Assembly (NCBI GenBank): GCA_963730185.1
Contig: CAVSQW010000014.1
Coordinates: 1-64,000, forward strand
From: an uncultured Gemmatimonadales bacterium
Lineage (GTDB): Bacteria > Gemmatimonadota > Gemmatimonadetes > Gemmatimonadales > GWC2-71-9
Length of the DNA stretch: 64,000 nucleotides
Direction of reading: 5' to 3'
Shown here: positions 8,124 through 16,318 of the stretch, piece by piece
How the letters are laid out: each line of letters starts with the position of its first letter
Numbering within the stretch: position 1 is the stretch's first letter
Notes under the pieces: generated by a model
Told to the model about the DNA's origin: nothing
What the model saw: only the letters and a program-made list of their open reading frames with translations
The model's database searches: none
Position numbers and translations under genes: made by a program

Positions 8124-9243
8124 TCAGGCCGCCGCCACCGCGCCGGGCTCGAGGTCCCGCATCACCGCCCAGAGAAAGCCGACCAGCTCGCGGGCGACGG
8201 CGACCGCCGCGATCTTGCGCTCCTTCCGATAGGCGAGGTGCTCAAACAGCCGGTGCAACCGATGCTGCGCTTTCCAGGCATGGGCGATCACGTCGGCCGG
8301 CTGCGACCGTTGGCGAGCCCGGAGCGCGGCCGCCACCTTGGGATAGTGCCGGTAGCTCCACGCCGCCTGCACCAACACGTGCCGGCAATGGCTGTTCCCC
8401 GCCTTGGTGATGGCGCCGAGGCGTTGGCGCGGGCCCGCTGGAGTGCTCGCGGGGCACCAGCCCCAGGAAGGCCATCAGCTGGCCGGCGGTGGCGAACCGG
8501 CGCCAGTCGCCGATCTCGGTCGCGAGCACCATCGCCGAATGGGTCTGCAGGCCGCGGAAGCAGCGGAGGCGGCCGACCGCCGGAGCGAGGTCCGGGCGGG
8601 TCGCCCGCTCGGCGATCTCGCGATCGAGCACCAGGCGGCGGTCCCGTTTGTATTGGAAGAGGGCCAGGTACTCGCGGAAGACCAGGAGGTCGTCCTCCTG
8701 GAGCGGCGACGTCGTCCGGGCCAGGGTCTCGAGCCAGGCGAGATGCCGCGGGCCCCAGTGGGGGCCGTCCCGATAGACGAGGCCCCGGCGGGTCAGGAAC
8801 TTGAGCAGATAGTGCTTCGACTGGAGGAGCTCCCGCTGGAGCGTCTCCCGGCACCGGACCAGGTCGCGGACCTGTTCCTCCGCCGCGCTGGGCACCCGGA
8901 CGGCGGTCAGCTCGCCGGCGCGGAAGAGCCGGACCAGCTGGGTCGCGTCGTACCGGTCGTGCTTGCGCTGGACCCCGGGCTTGGTGGGGATCAACGACGG
9001 GGCGATGACGGTGCAGGCGTGGCCCCAGCTCGTCAGGGCGCGGTAGAGCACGAACCCGGCCCCGCTGGCTTCGTAACAGACCTGGAGCGGCCCCTGGGTC
9101 GCCAGCCGGGCGAGATAGCGCTGGAGGGTCTTGGGCTCGTTGGGCAGGCGGTCCACCCGGGACGGGGTGGGGTCGCCGGCCGCCAGGACGGCCAGGGTGA
9201 TCGATGCCTGGTGCACATCCATCCCGACGTAGATATTGGACAT
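8124..9243 (-). CDS. IS110-family transposase/recombinase (one frameshift near 8435)
   Basis: VGMDVH, CYEAS and KHDRYDA (DEDD), LGLVPREHSSG (catalytic Ser region), ITKAGN, and C-terminal AVARELVGFLWA. Confidence 0.92.
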
Positions 9244-9419
9244 GGGCTGGTTCCTCCGACTGGCTGCGACAGTTGGTCCGGTCGCATGTGGCTCTGGCGA
9301 CTTCGGGGTCCCGAAGGAGCTAACCCACGGCGCTTCGGGGGGCCAGCCCAGTCATAACTTCTAGACGGCCCCGTATTTGGATCCTGGTGCGAATAGACCC
9401 CCTCCGCGGAGCGTCAGCA

Positions 9420-10115
9420 ATGGCTGGAACGTCGTGCACCAGATACCTTGGGCTGCTGCTGGCGGCCTTGCAGCTCGCACCCCTCCTTCAGCTGCGGGCT
9501 CAAGAGGCCCACACCATTGGTCAGGACCACCTTACCGAAGTGGCTTGCGTCGACGTGCCGTCGGGCGAGGCACGACCGGCGTTTGGTTGCTTCAACATCG
9601 GCGTTGTGACCGGACTTCACTTCGGCGACGCATCGGTGTTCTGGCATCTGCGCGCGTTTCCGAGCAGAAAGGCGGCAGAAGCCGCCAAGAGCGCGATGGG
9701 CATCGTGGTCGAGGAAGACGGGCAAGTGTGGCTCTCCGAATTCGGGCCTCGACGCGCCGGTCACGCGGGAGGGAAGGCGATTGCCGTCGTCGGACCGCTG
9801 CTCCTGCCGCCCGCAGCGAGCTACACGGCGGTTCTCTCATACGCTGTCATGCGGCCCGGCGACAACTCACGGGTGCATACACACTCGGGGCCCGAAGGCT
9901 GGTATGTGCTTACGGGAGAGCAATGTCTGGAGACACCGACCGGGGTTCAGCGGGCTCGGGCCGGCGCAACCATGACCGTGCCTTCGCATACCCCTATGGA
10001 ACTGAACGTCACAGGCAAGACGCTCCGCCGGGCGTTTGCCCTGGTCATTCATGATTCAACTCAACCGAGGGGCACCCCGTCCGATTGGAAACCCACCGGC
10101 GGCTGCAGTCATTGA
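9420..10115 (+). CDS. Cassette 6: secreted cupin-domain protein
   Basis: Signal peptide; HTHSGPEGWYVLTGE cupin motif. Confidence 0.8.
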   Translation: MAGTSCTRYLGLLLAALQLAPLLQLRAQEAHTIGQDHLTEVACVDVPSGEARPAFGCFNIGVVTGLHFGDASVFWHLRAFPSRKAAEAAKSAMGIVVEEDGQVWLSEFGPRRAGHAGGKAIAVVGPLLLPPAASYTAVLSYAVMRPGDNSRVHTHSGPEGWYVLTGEQCLETPTGVQRARAGATMTVPSHTPMELNVTGKTLRRAFALVIHDSTQPRGTPSDWKPTGGCSH

Positions 10116-10132
10116 CGATCGTGCGCTCGGCC

Positions 10133-10277
10133 GTCTAACCCGAGCGTGCGGTCTGACGAGGCCGCCGGGCATCCGGGCATTCCCGTGGCGTCGCCGGCCC
10201 GCCCGCTCCATGTCTGTTGAAGGCCGCGGCCGGGCCGGCACGTAGCGGCCTCGCAGCTGACACTCTAGTCGTTAGGC
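10133..10277 (+). repeat. attC site 6 (145 bp)
   Basis: GTCTAAC...GTTAGGC; related to site 3 (GAGGCCGCCGGGCATCC...GCGGCCTCGCAGC). Confidence 0.88.
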
Positions 10278-10389
10278 GGGCCAGTGCGCGGTCTGGCTTA
10301 TGGAGGGATTCGCTATGGCGCTCCCGGTTTGCGAAGGTACCACATGCACGCACGGTCACACACGGCAGCCATGTTCCCAGGGACCTGTC

Positions 10390-10881
10390 ATGACGTTCGT
10401 CTGGGTTCTTGGCCTCAGCATCCTGGCAACGCGGCTCAGCGCGCAGACGTCCGCCGACACGACCGCCATTCGCCAGATTGTGGAAGACGAGATCACGGCT
10501 TGGGATCAGGGAGACGCGACCGCCTACTCGCGTCACTTCGCGGCGAACGGCACGTTCACCAACATTCGAGGTGAGTTCTTCACGGGCTATGCGGGATTTC
10601 TGCGGCAGCACGAGATGATCTTCGAAAGCCTCTTCAAGCACACAAAGTTACAGCAGGATATCGTATCGCTCCGTTTCATCACTCCCGATGTCGCCGTAGT
10701 TGATGTGTTGACCGCGGTCACGGGTGTGGCGCGGCCACCGCCACGGATGACGCTCGATGGGCAAGGGCGACTGCGGACGCGCCTGCTGCAGGTCGTCGCG
10801 AGGCAGGCTGGGGAGTGGAAGATCGTCGCCTATCATAATGTGGACCTGAAGCCTGGGGTCCCGGTCCCGGCGCCACGATAA
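10390..10881 (+). CDS. Cassette 7: SgcJ/EcaC (NTF2-like, DUF4440) protein
   Basis: AW..GDA.AY...F..NGTFTNI.G, LRF.TPDVAVV, WKIVAYHN. Confidence 0.85.
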   Translation: MTFVWVLGLSILATRLSAQTSADTTAIRQIVEDEITAWDQGDATAYSRHFAANGTFTNIRGEFFTGYAGFLRQHEMIFESLFKHTKLQQDIVSLRFITPDVAVVDVLTAVTGVARPPPRMTLDGQGRLRTRLLQVVARQAGEWKIVAYHNVDLKPGVPVPAPR

Positions 10882-10920
10882 TGGCGACCCACGAGTGAGC
10901 GGGGCTGCGCTTGGTGGGCC

Positions 10921-11061
10921 GCCTAACAAGCGCATAAACCTGTCCAGCGCCCTCAGCCTCGGCCTCCTTGCGGCGGGCCCCTGGCGGTGCATACTCAGAG
11001 GAAGTCAGACAATTCGCTGCGGGCGAGGAGTCGCTGGCAGCTTAAGCGCAGGACGTTATAC
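10921..11061 (+). repeat. attC site 7 (141 bp)
   Basis: GCCTAAC...GTTATAC; GCGCATAAACCTGTCCAGCG / CGCTGGCAGCTTAAGCGC. Confidence 0.85.
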
Positions 11062-11139
11062 GGCCCAGCGGGTGTCCCACCTGCCCGCGGGGGCGGAGCT
11101 CCGGCCGGAGACTCCTTTGCGAGCATCAAGGCAGCGTCA

Positions 11140-11331
11140 ATGACATGGACCGCGGAGCAGCGTGCCGAGTTGGCGCGCGAGTATGACCGGATAGGATACG
11201 TAGCTGGCGACCGCTGGCCCGCGCCGCCGCCCGAACTCGGCCCGGAAGAGTTGCTCGCACTTTTGCGCTCCGTGGAGTCCGGTACGGGTCGAGCGGGTTG
11301 GGAGGCGGCGCTGGCCCGGCGAGCCCCGTAA
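11140..11331 (+). CDS. Cassette 8: 63-aa hypothetical protein
   Basis: MTWTAEQRAELAREYDRIG..., plausible amphipathic helices, correct cassette position. Confidence 0.5.
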   Translation: MTWTAEQRAELAREYDRIGYVAGDRWPAPPPELGPEELLALLRSVESGTGRAGWEAALARRAP

Positions 11332-11468
11332 GGCTTGAGCAGTGCACCTCCGCTCGATCCTGGCGGGTCTGTTCATAGGCCTGGTGGCAGGGTCGGGCAC
11401 CCAGGCCGCCGATCCTCAGCCTTCCTCGCCCGTCCTGGCGATCCTTCGGCGAGCCTATTGCCAGTGCC

Positions 11469-11607
11469 GTATAACCCAGTGTTGCAGGCGGACGGGCGCC
11501 CGACCATCCCGTTGCGAAGTCGCTGGCGCGCCCCAATGTTATCGGGGGACGGCGCGGCCGCTCAGCCCCGATGCGGCGCCCGACCGCTGAACACTAAGGC
11601 GTTCGCC
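11469..11607 (+). repeat. attC site 8 (139 bp)
   Basis: GTATAAC...GTTCGCC; AGTGTTGCAGGCGG / CCGCTGAACACT arms; interior related to sites 2, 4 and 5. Confidence 0.82.
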
Positions 11608-11691
11608 TGCGGAATACCATTCCTTGCGATCGTTCTTTGCGAACCATCGGGAATCGCCGCCAACGCCCGTTGAGTCAAGGAGGAGTCGATA

Positions 11692-12717
11692 GTGCACCGA
11701 CCTTTGCTCATGCTTATATGCGTCTTGGGGTTGTCGGGCTTGGCGGGTGTCGTCGGCGTGATGCACAAACCTCGGGCCGAGGCGGCCCAAGCGGCCAGGC
11801 CGACGACATCGGACCGGCAACACCCGGATGTCGGGACGGCCGGCGCGTGGCAGCCGCCTTCGGGATTGAAGCAAGTCCCGATCTGGCCGAACGGTGCGCC
11901 GGACATGGAAGGCGTCTCTCAACCGGCCGAGAGAGTCGAGGTCACGAAAGCCCCGGATCTCGTCGCGGGGCGCCCGTATACCGCGGTCTATGACGTAACG
12001 TCTCCGACCATGACGGTCTTTCCACCCGTGGGCAGGAATACCGGCGCCTCGATGGTGGTCTTCCCCGGCGGCGGATTCAGGCTTCTGGCTATGGACCTTG
12101 AAGGGACTGAAATATGTGACTGGATGACCGCCAAAGGCATCACGTGCGTCTTGCTCAAGTATCGCGTTCCCAAAACCAATCACTACTGGGACAAGGATTG
12201 CCATTGCCACATCACACCCAAGGTCCCCCGCGCACTTCAGGACGCGCAAAGAACGATCAGGCTCGTTCGCGCCAGGGCGAAAGAGTTGAACCTTGGTCCC
12301 AACATGATTGGGGTGATCGGCTTCTCGGCAGGCGGGTATCTGGTCGCGCAGACCAGCAACATATTCGAGCCGACCTACAAGCCGGTGGATGCGGCAGACA
12401 AACTAAGTAGCCGCCCTGACTTCGCCGTCGCGCTTTACCCGGGTCACCTGTGCCGCGATGGTGCCACCCTCGACCCCGGCATACACGTCACAACGCAGAC
12501 GCCGCCGACGTTCCTGTTGCAGGCGTGGGATGACCCCGTGGACGACATCTGCAACAGCACGGTGTACGCGCGCGCCCTTGATGATGCGGGCGTCCCGGCA
12601 GAGGTCCATCTCTTTACCAAGGGCGGGCACGCCTTCGGACTGAGGCGCACAGAACATCCGGTGGCGATGTGGCCTGCGCTTGTAGAGAACTGGCTCAAGG
12701 AGATCGGGATTCTTTAG
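11692..12717 (+). CDS. Cassette 9: secreted alpha/beta hydrolase (acetyl esterase-like)
   Basis: RBS AGGAG; PGGGF, GFSAGG nucleophile motif, DDPVD, GGHAFG. Confidence 0.88.
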   Translation: MHRPLLMLICVLGLSGLAGVVGVMHKPRAEAAQAARPTTSDRQHPDVGTAGAWQPPSGLKQVPIWPNGAPDMEGVSQPAERVEVTKAPDLVAGRPYTAVYDVTSPTMTVFPPVGRNTGASMVVFPGGGFRLLAMDLEGTEICDWMTAKGITCVLLKYRVPKTNHYWDKDCHCHITPKVPRALQDAQRTIRLVRARAKELNLGPNMIGVIGFSAGGYLVAQTSNIFEPTYKPVDAADKLSSRPDFAVALYPGHLCRDGATLDPGIHVTTQTPPTFLLQAWDDPVDDICNSTVYARALDDAGVPAEVHLFTKGGHAFGLRRTEHPVAMWPALVENWLKEIGIL

Positions 12718-12743
12718 TTGTAAGTCCTTACTAAGAGGGCGCA

Positions 12744-12768
12744 GACTAACAACGACATGCACCGGAGC
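12744..12768 (+). repeat. Truncated attC (left arm only)
   Basis: GACTAAC AACGACATGCACCGGAGC resembles an attC start. GCAGACTAAC is 8/10 complementary to the cassette start GTTCGCCTGC; no right arm found. Confidence 0.5.
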
Positions 12769-12821
12769 AATCTCGGGTCGGCTCGTGTCGTCTTTGACGA
12801 TGGAAGGAAGGGAGATGCCGA

Positions 12822-13145
12822 ATGGGTTCTTCTGAGCTGGCGTTCATTGTGAGCATCGTTCTCTTTCGAGTCGCGCCGCTCGTCCTAGTCCCCGTCGGCG
12901 CTTACTACCTGTTCGCGCGGAGCGAGATGGGACGTGCCCTCATCGACCGGTGGCGTCGCGATTCGTCGGAGCTGCCTCCATTGGTCGAGCAGGAGATCCT
13001 GCGTCTTCGCGAGGAACTCATGGAGGTCCACGAACGCCTCGACTTCGCCGAGCGCATGTTGGTGGAATTGCGCAACACTGGACAGCTTCCGCCGGTGGCG
13101 GCCTCGCGTCAGCCCACGCCGCCGGAGAGGACGAAGGCCCGGTAA
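12822..13145 (+). CDS. Hypothetical single-TM coiled-coil protein
   Basis: TM segment followed by LREELMEVHERLDFAERML. Confidence 0.7.
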   Translation: MGSSELAFIVSIVLFRVAPLVLVPVGAYYLFARSEMGRALIDRWRRDSSELPPLVEQEILRLREELMEVHERLDFAERMLVELRNTGQLPPVAASRQPTPPERTKAR

Positions 13146-13295
13146 AGGTTCGGCGTGACTCCGTCCACCGGTTGGCGTGCTGGCCTGCCACCGGCTCGAC
13201 CCCTCGGCTCCCTGGGTCGACCTGGCAGTCCCCGTCGTCGCGGGTTGATCCCTTGAGCGCCACACTGGACGGTGACTCCGACGGGTCAGGTCCGG

Positions 13296-13480
13296 GTGTA
13301 CGGATGGGACAAACTCGTATTACTCAACCACTTGCTGGAACAGGGCCTCTCCAAGACCGCGATCGCTGAGCAGGCGGCCGTGAGCCGGGCCCTGATCTAT
13401 CACCTGCTGCGGACCAGCCAGTTGGACCGGGATCTGACGGCCCCGCGGACCAGCCGGGCCCGGCCGCCCGGCGCGCCTGG
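13296..13480 (+). pseudogene. IS21-family IstA N-terminal fragment
   Basis: YGWDKLVLLNHLLEQGLSKTAIAEQAAVSRALIYHLLRTSQLDRDL, an HTH typical of IstA; rest of the gene absent. Confidence 0.6.
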
Positions 13481-13667
13481 CACCCAAGTGCGCCCGGCTG
13501 CGGACCGCCCTCCATCACAGCCCGGAGCATCGGGCCACGATCGCCGCGATTCGGTCGACCGCGCGCCGCATCCTGTTCCTCGAGGCCGAGGCCGAAAACC
13601 ACGCTTCGGCCATCGAGCTGGTCAAGGGGCCGACGCCGGGCTCGACCAGCAGCCGCGGGGCGACCGG

Positions 13668-13823
13668 CACGACGGCTGGTACCTTGCCCGAACCCGCGGA
13701 AGCCAGCAACAAGTCAAGCACCCGGTGAAGCCGGGCCTTGTCACGGTGGGCGGGCAACCGGGAGACGACGTGGCCCCTGGCACGTTGAATAGCATTCTCA
13801 AGCAGGCGGGGTTGAAAGAGTGA
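13668..13823 (+). pseudogene. hicA: HicA toxin remnant
   Basis: DGWYLARTRGSQQQVKHPVKPGLVTV...DVAPGTLNSILKQAGL; N-terminus missing and GSH is GSQ. Confidence 0.8.
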
Positions 13824-13990
13824 AGATCCTGATCGTTGTCGAGGCCACGAACACAGGTTTCTCCAGCCGCGAGGCGGTCGAGCAGGAGATGCGAGAAGCC
13901 GTCGAGTTTCATCTGGACGGTCTCCGGGACGCAGGGCGAGCTCCTCCCAAGGCGACCAGCTATGCGACAACCATCGAGGTTGCCGCCTAA
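13820..13990 (+). pseudogene. hicB: HicB antitoxin with apparent internal deletion
   Basis: MKILIVVEATNTGFS|SREAVEQEMREAVEFHLDGL...IEVAA; GTGA overlap with hicA; lacks the usual PDLPGC segment. Confidence 0.75.
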
Positions 13991-14071
13991 CAAACAAATG
14001 CAGCAGACGAGCGCGCCGATCTTGCGGCTTTACCGCAAGCGCGCTCGCAGCTGATTTGTAGTGCGCTAGGG
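13985..14071 (+). repeat. Terminal attC (87 bp) with degenerate core (GCTAGGG)
   Basis: GCCTAAC AAACAAATGCAGCAGACGAGCGCG ... CGCGCTCGCAGCTGATTTG TAGTGC GCTAGGG. Confidence 0.8.
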
Positions 14072-14212
14072 CGTCAGGCACGAAGCACATGCGAGGGGGA
14101 GAGTGTCGCACTCCCTGGGGCGAGTGACGCGGGCATTTCGCCAAGGCCTCGATCAGCTGGGCTCTGCTCGCCCCGTGAGCGCTTCGCGGACCTGGCCGCG
14201 ACCGACTGCCTG

Positions 14213-15151
14213 CTATTCGGTTCCGAGGAAGCGCTCGACGATCTCGGGCAGCATCGGCTCGACAGGGATCGTGTAGTGGGTGGTGTTCGGCACGATTGCG
14301 AGCTGGTGGGCGGGCCGCAGCGAGCCATCGATCCCGGCATCGCGCTGGCCGCCTCCCAACGCCTTCCAGAAGTCGACCATGTGTTCGGGCCGGATGGCGT
14401 CAGCGTCGGCAAAGACCAGCAGTGTTCGTGCCTGAAGCTTGGCGACGTCGGCGCTCCAGTCAAAGGGGCGTGTGGTCAGGTCACCGATCTTCCTGAAGAG
14501 GTTTGTCCAATCGACATCGGGATAGGCCTTCCCCAACGGCGATGCCTTGACGCCACCGCCGAACGTGGCAGCGTTGACCTCCAACTGTTTGAAGGCCGCC
14601 ACCCCCTCCGGATAGAAGCCGTCCTGCCTCATCGCCGCGGACACGAGCACGAGCCGGTCGACCACCTGCGGATGGCGGACAGCGGTCTGCAGCGCGACGC
14701 TGGAGCCCAGCGAGTAGCCCATGACGTCGGCCTTGCCGAGGCTCAGGTGGCCGATCAGAGCAGCAATGTCGTCACCCATCGTTTCACTGCGCAGTGGCCT
14801 GTCGGTGTCTGGCGTGCGCCCATGTGCCTGGAGATGGGGGGCGATCACCTGCCGGCCCTTGGCCAGTTCGGCCAGATTGCTCCCGAAGCTGTCTGGGTTG
14901 ATGCCACCGTGGAGAAGAATGAGCGGCTTGCCGGCGCCATGTACGCTGTAATAGATGTGCTGGCCGTTGACGTCGGCAAAGGTCGCATTCGACCCGGCGG
15001 GGGTCTCGTTGGCTTGAACGGGAGGGGTCGAAGGCGTTTTCTGTGAGCCGCTATGGAGCGAACGCATCCTCGCCGCGCTGCCCGCATCGCATCCAATCGC
15101 ACTCAGCACTGCGGTCGCGGTGGCAGTCGTCAGGAAATCGCGCCTCTGCAT
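14213..15151 (-). CDS. Tat-exported alpha/beta hydrolase
   Basis: QRRDFL twin-arginine motif; LLHGG, GYSLG. Confidence 0.85.
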   Translation of the reverse strand: MQRRDFLTTATATAVLSAIGCDAGSAARMRSLHSGSQKTPSTPPVQANETPAGSNATFADVNGQHIYYSVHGAGKPLILLHGGINPDSFGSNLAELAKGRQVIAPHLQAHGRTPDTDRPLRSETMGDDIAALIGHLSLGKADVMGYSLGSSVALQTAVRHPQVVDRLVLVSAAMRQDGFYPEGVAAFKQLEVNAATFGGGVKASPLGKAYPDVDWTNLFRKIGDLTTRPFDWSADVAKLQARTLLVFADADAIRPEHMVDFWKALGGGQRDAGIDGSLRPAHQLAIVPNTTHYTIPVEPMLPEIVERFLGTE

Positions 15152-15158
15152 ATCGTCC

Positions 15159-15689
15159 TCACGTCGCGCCGAGCTGGCGGCTGAGAAGCATGTCGTCGAG
15201 GCGGGCGTAGCTATACTCCATGCCGTCGGTCATGCCGGTGGAGACGGCGCCATCACGCCGTTCCTTCGACCCGTACGTCATATTGCAGACAAGGGTCGTG
15301 ACGCCGTTCTGCTCACTGAGTTCAAGTGACACGATGCAGGGATCGCCAGCGGGCATGGCGCCGCCGATATCGCCCGGGCCGCCGACATCGCCCGGGTCGA
15401 AGTATTCTTCGTGGACAAGCTTCGACGGGCCGTTGACTTCGGTGTACGTGCCGAAGAAGCCGAACTGCTTGCCGCCTTCGCGGCTTCTCCACTGCCACTT
15501 GTACTTGCCGCCGACCCGGACATCCATGTCGCACACCGGCATATCCCAGCCGTCATAGCCGGACTGCCATTTCTGCACGAGCTCGGGCTGGGTATGCGCA
15601 TCCCACACCAATTGGCGGGGCGCGTTGAACGTCCGGGTGACGCGAACTTCGCGATCACTCGGCAAGGTAACTTCTGCGGGCTTAGGCAT
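15159..15689 (-). CDS. SRPBCC/AHSA1 domain protein
   Basis: SDRE..VTRTFNAPRQLVW.A.T.PEL, D.RVGGKY. Confidence 0.88.
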   Translation of the reverse strand: MPKPAEVTLPSDREVRVTRTFNAPRQLVWDAHTQPELVQKWQSGYDGWDMPVCDMDVRVGGKYKWQWRSREGGKQFGFFGTYTEVNGPSKLVHEEYFDPGDVGGPGDIGGAMPAGDPCIVSLELSEQNGVTTLVCNMTYGSKERRDGAVSTGMTDGMEYSYARLDDMLLSRQLGAT

Positions 15690-15737
15690 TGTCTTCTCCT
15701 TGGTGCTTCATCGTGATCGCGCGCCGACATGTCCCCG

Positions 15738-16094
15738 CTATTTCTTTGTTCGCCTGCGCTTGGCCGGTTTGGCTTGGAGCTCTTCGAGCAACGCGTCGAG
15801 GCGCTGGTAGTGTTGTTCGAAGATCTCGCGGTAACGTTCGATCCAATCCACGGCCTCCTCCAAGGCCTTCGGTTCCAGTTTGCGTGGCCGCCGTTGCGCA
15901 TCGACGTCCATCGAGATGAGGCCGGCGCGCTCAAGCACTTTCAGATGTTTGGAAATGGCCGGCTGGCTCATCTCGAACGGCTCGGCGAGTTCCGTCACCG
16001 TGGCCTCCCCCGTCGCCAGCCGCGCCAGGATGGCGCGGCGGGTAGGGTCGGCCAGAGCGGCGAAGGTCAGGTCGAGGGGGTCCGAGGTGCGCAT
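15738..16094 (-). CDS. ArsR/SmtB-family regulator
   Basis: FAALADPTRRAILARL...SQPAISKHLKVLERAGLI. Confidence 0.92.
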   Translation of the reverse strand: MRTSDPLDLTFAALADPTRRAILARLATGEATVTELAEPFEMSQPAISKHLKVLERAGLISMDVDAQRRPRKLEPKALEEAVDWIERYREIFEQHYQRLDALLEELQAKPAKRRRTKK

Positions 16095-16318
16095 AACCGC
16101 CTAGTTCCATAATGGCATGGTTATATACAACGTCAAGGCAGGCCAGTCAAGGCTTTGGGGTCATATTTCCAAGGCGTTCGGGGAAGCCGACCGCTATGCG
16201 ATGTTCGGTTGCTCGACACTCATGGAGAGGCGGCTGAGGCGCGACGAGAGCACGCGGACCGGAAGCTCGGGTGAAACCGTAAGCTCCCCGTCAAGTGAGA
16301 CAGTCCGAAACGAGACTC

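Larger units (their letters stand above)
7839..9361 (-). mobile_element. IS110-family element, IS1111-type, inserted in attC
   Basis: 13-bp perfect subterminal inverted repeats TATGACTGGGCTG (7841-7853) / CAGCCCAGTCATA (9344-9356); no target duplication beyond one shared T; long 3' non-coding end. Confidence 0.92.
2338..14071 (+). mobile_element. Integron gene-cassette array without integrase in the window (CALIN-like)
   Basis: Co-oriented 1-2 ORF units separated by long imperfect palindromes bounded by RYYYAAC...GTTRRRY. Cassette start and end sequences are reverse complements. Confidence 0.93.

Noticed and set aside
8420..8445. Programmed frameshift in the IS110 transposase
   Set aside because: IS110 transposases are single ORFs; one extra base in GGGCCCG fits an indel error or a recent mutation.
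3265..11607. Repeats as a CRISPR array or REP/BIME elements
   Set aside because: Repeats are about 140 bp and separated by whole genes; no cas genes; they have attC boxes and cassette-end complementarity.
16093..16150. ArsR promoter/operator (ATAACC..GGTTAT, TTGAC boxes)
   Set aside because: Plausible, but -35/-10 spacing is ambiguous; too weak to list as a feature.
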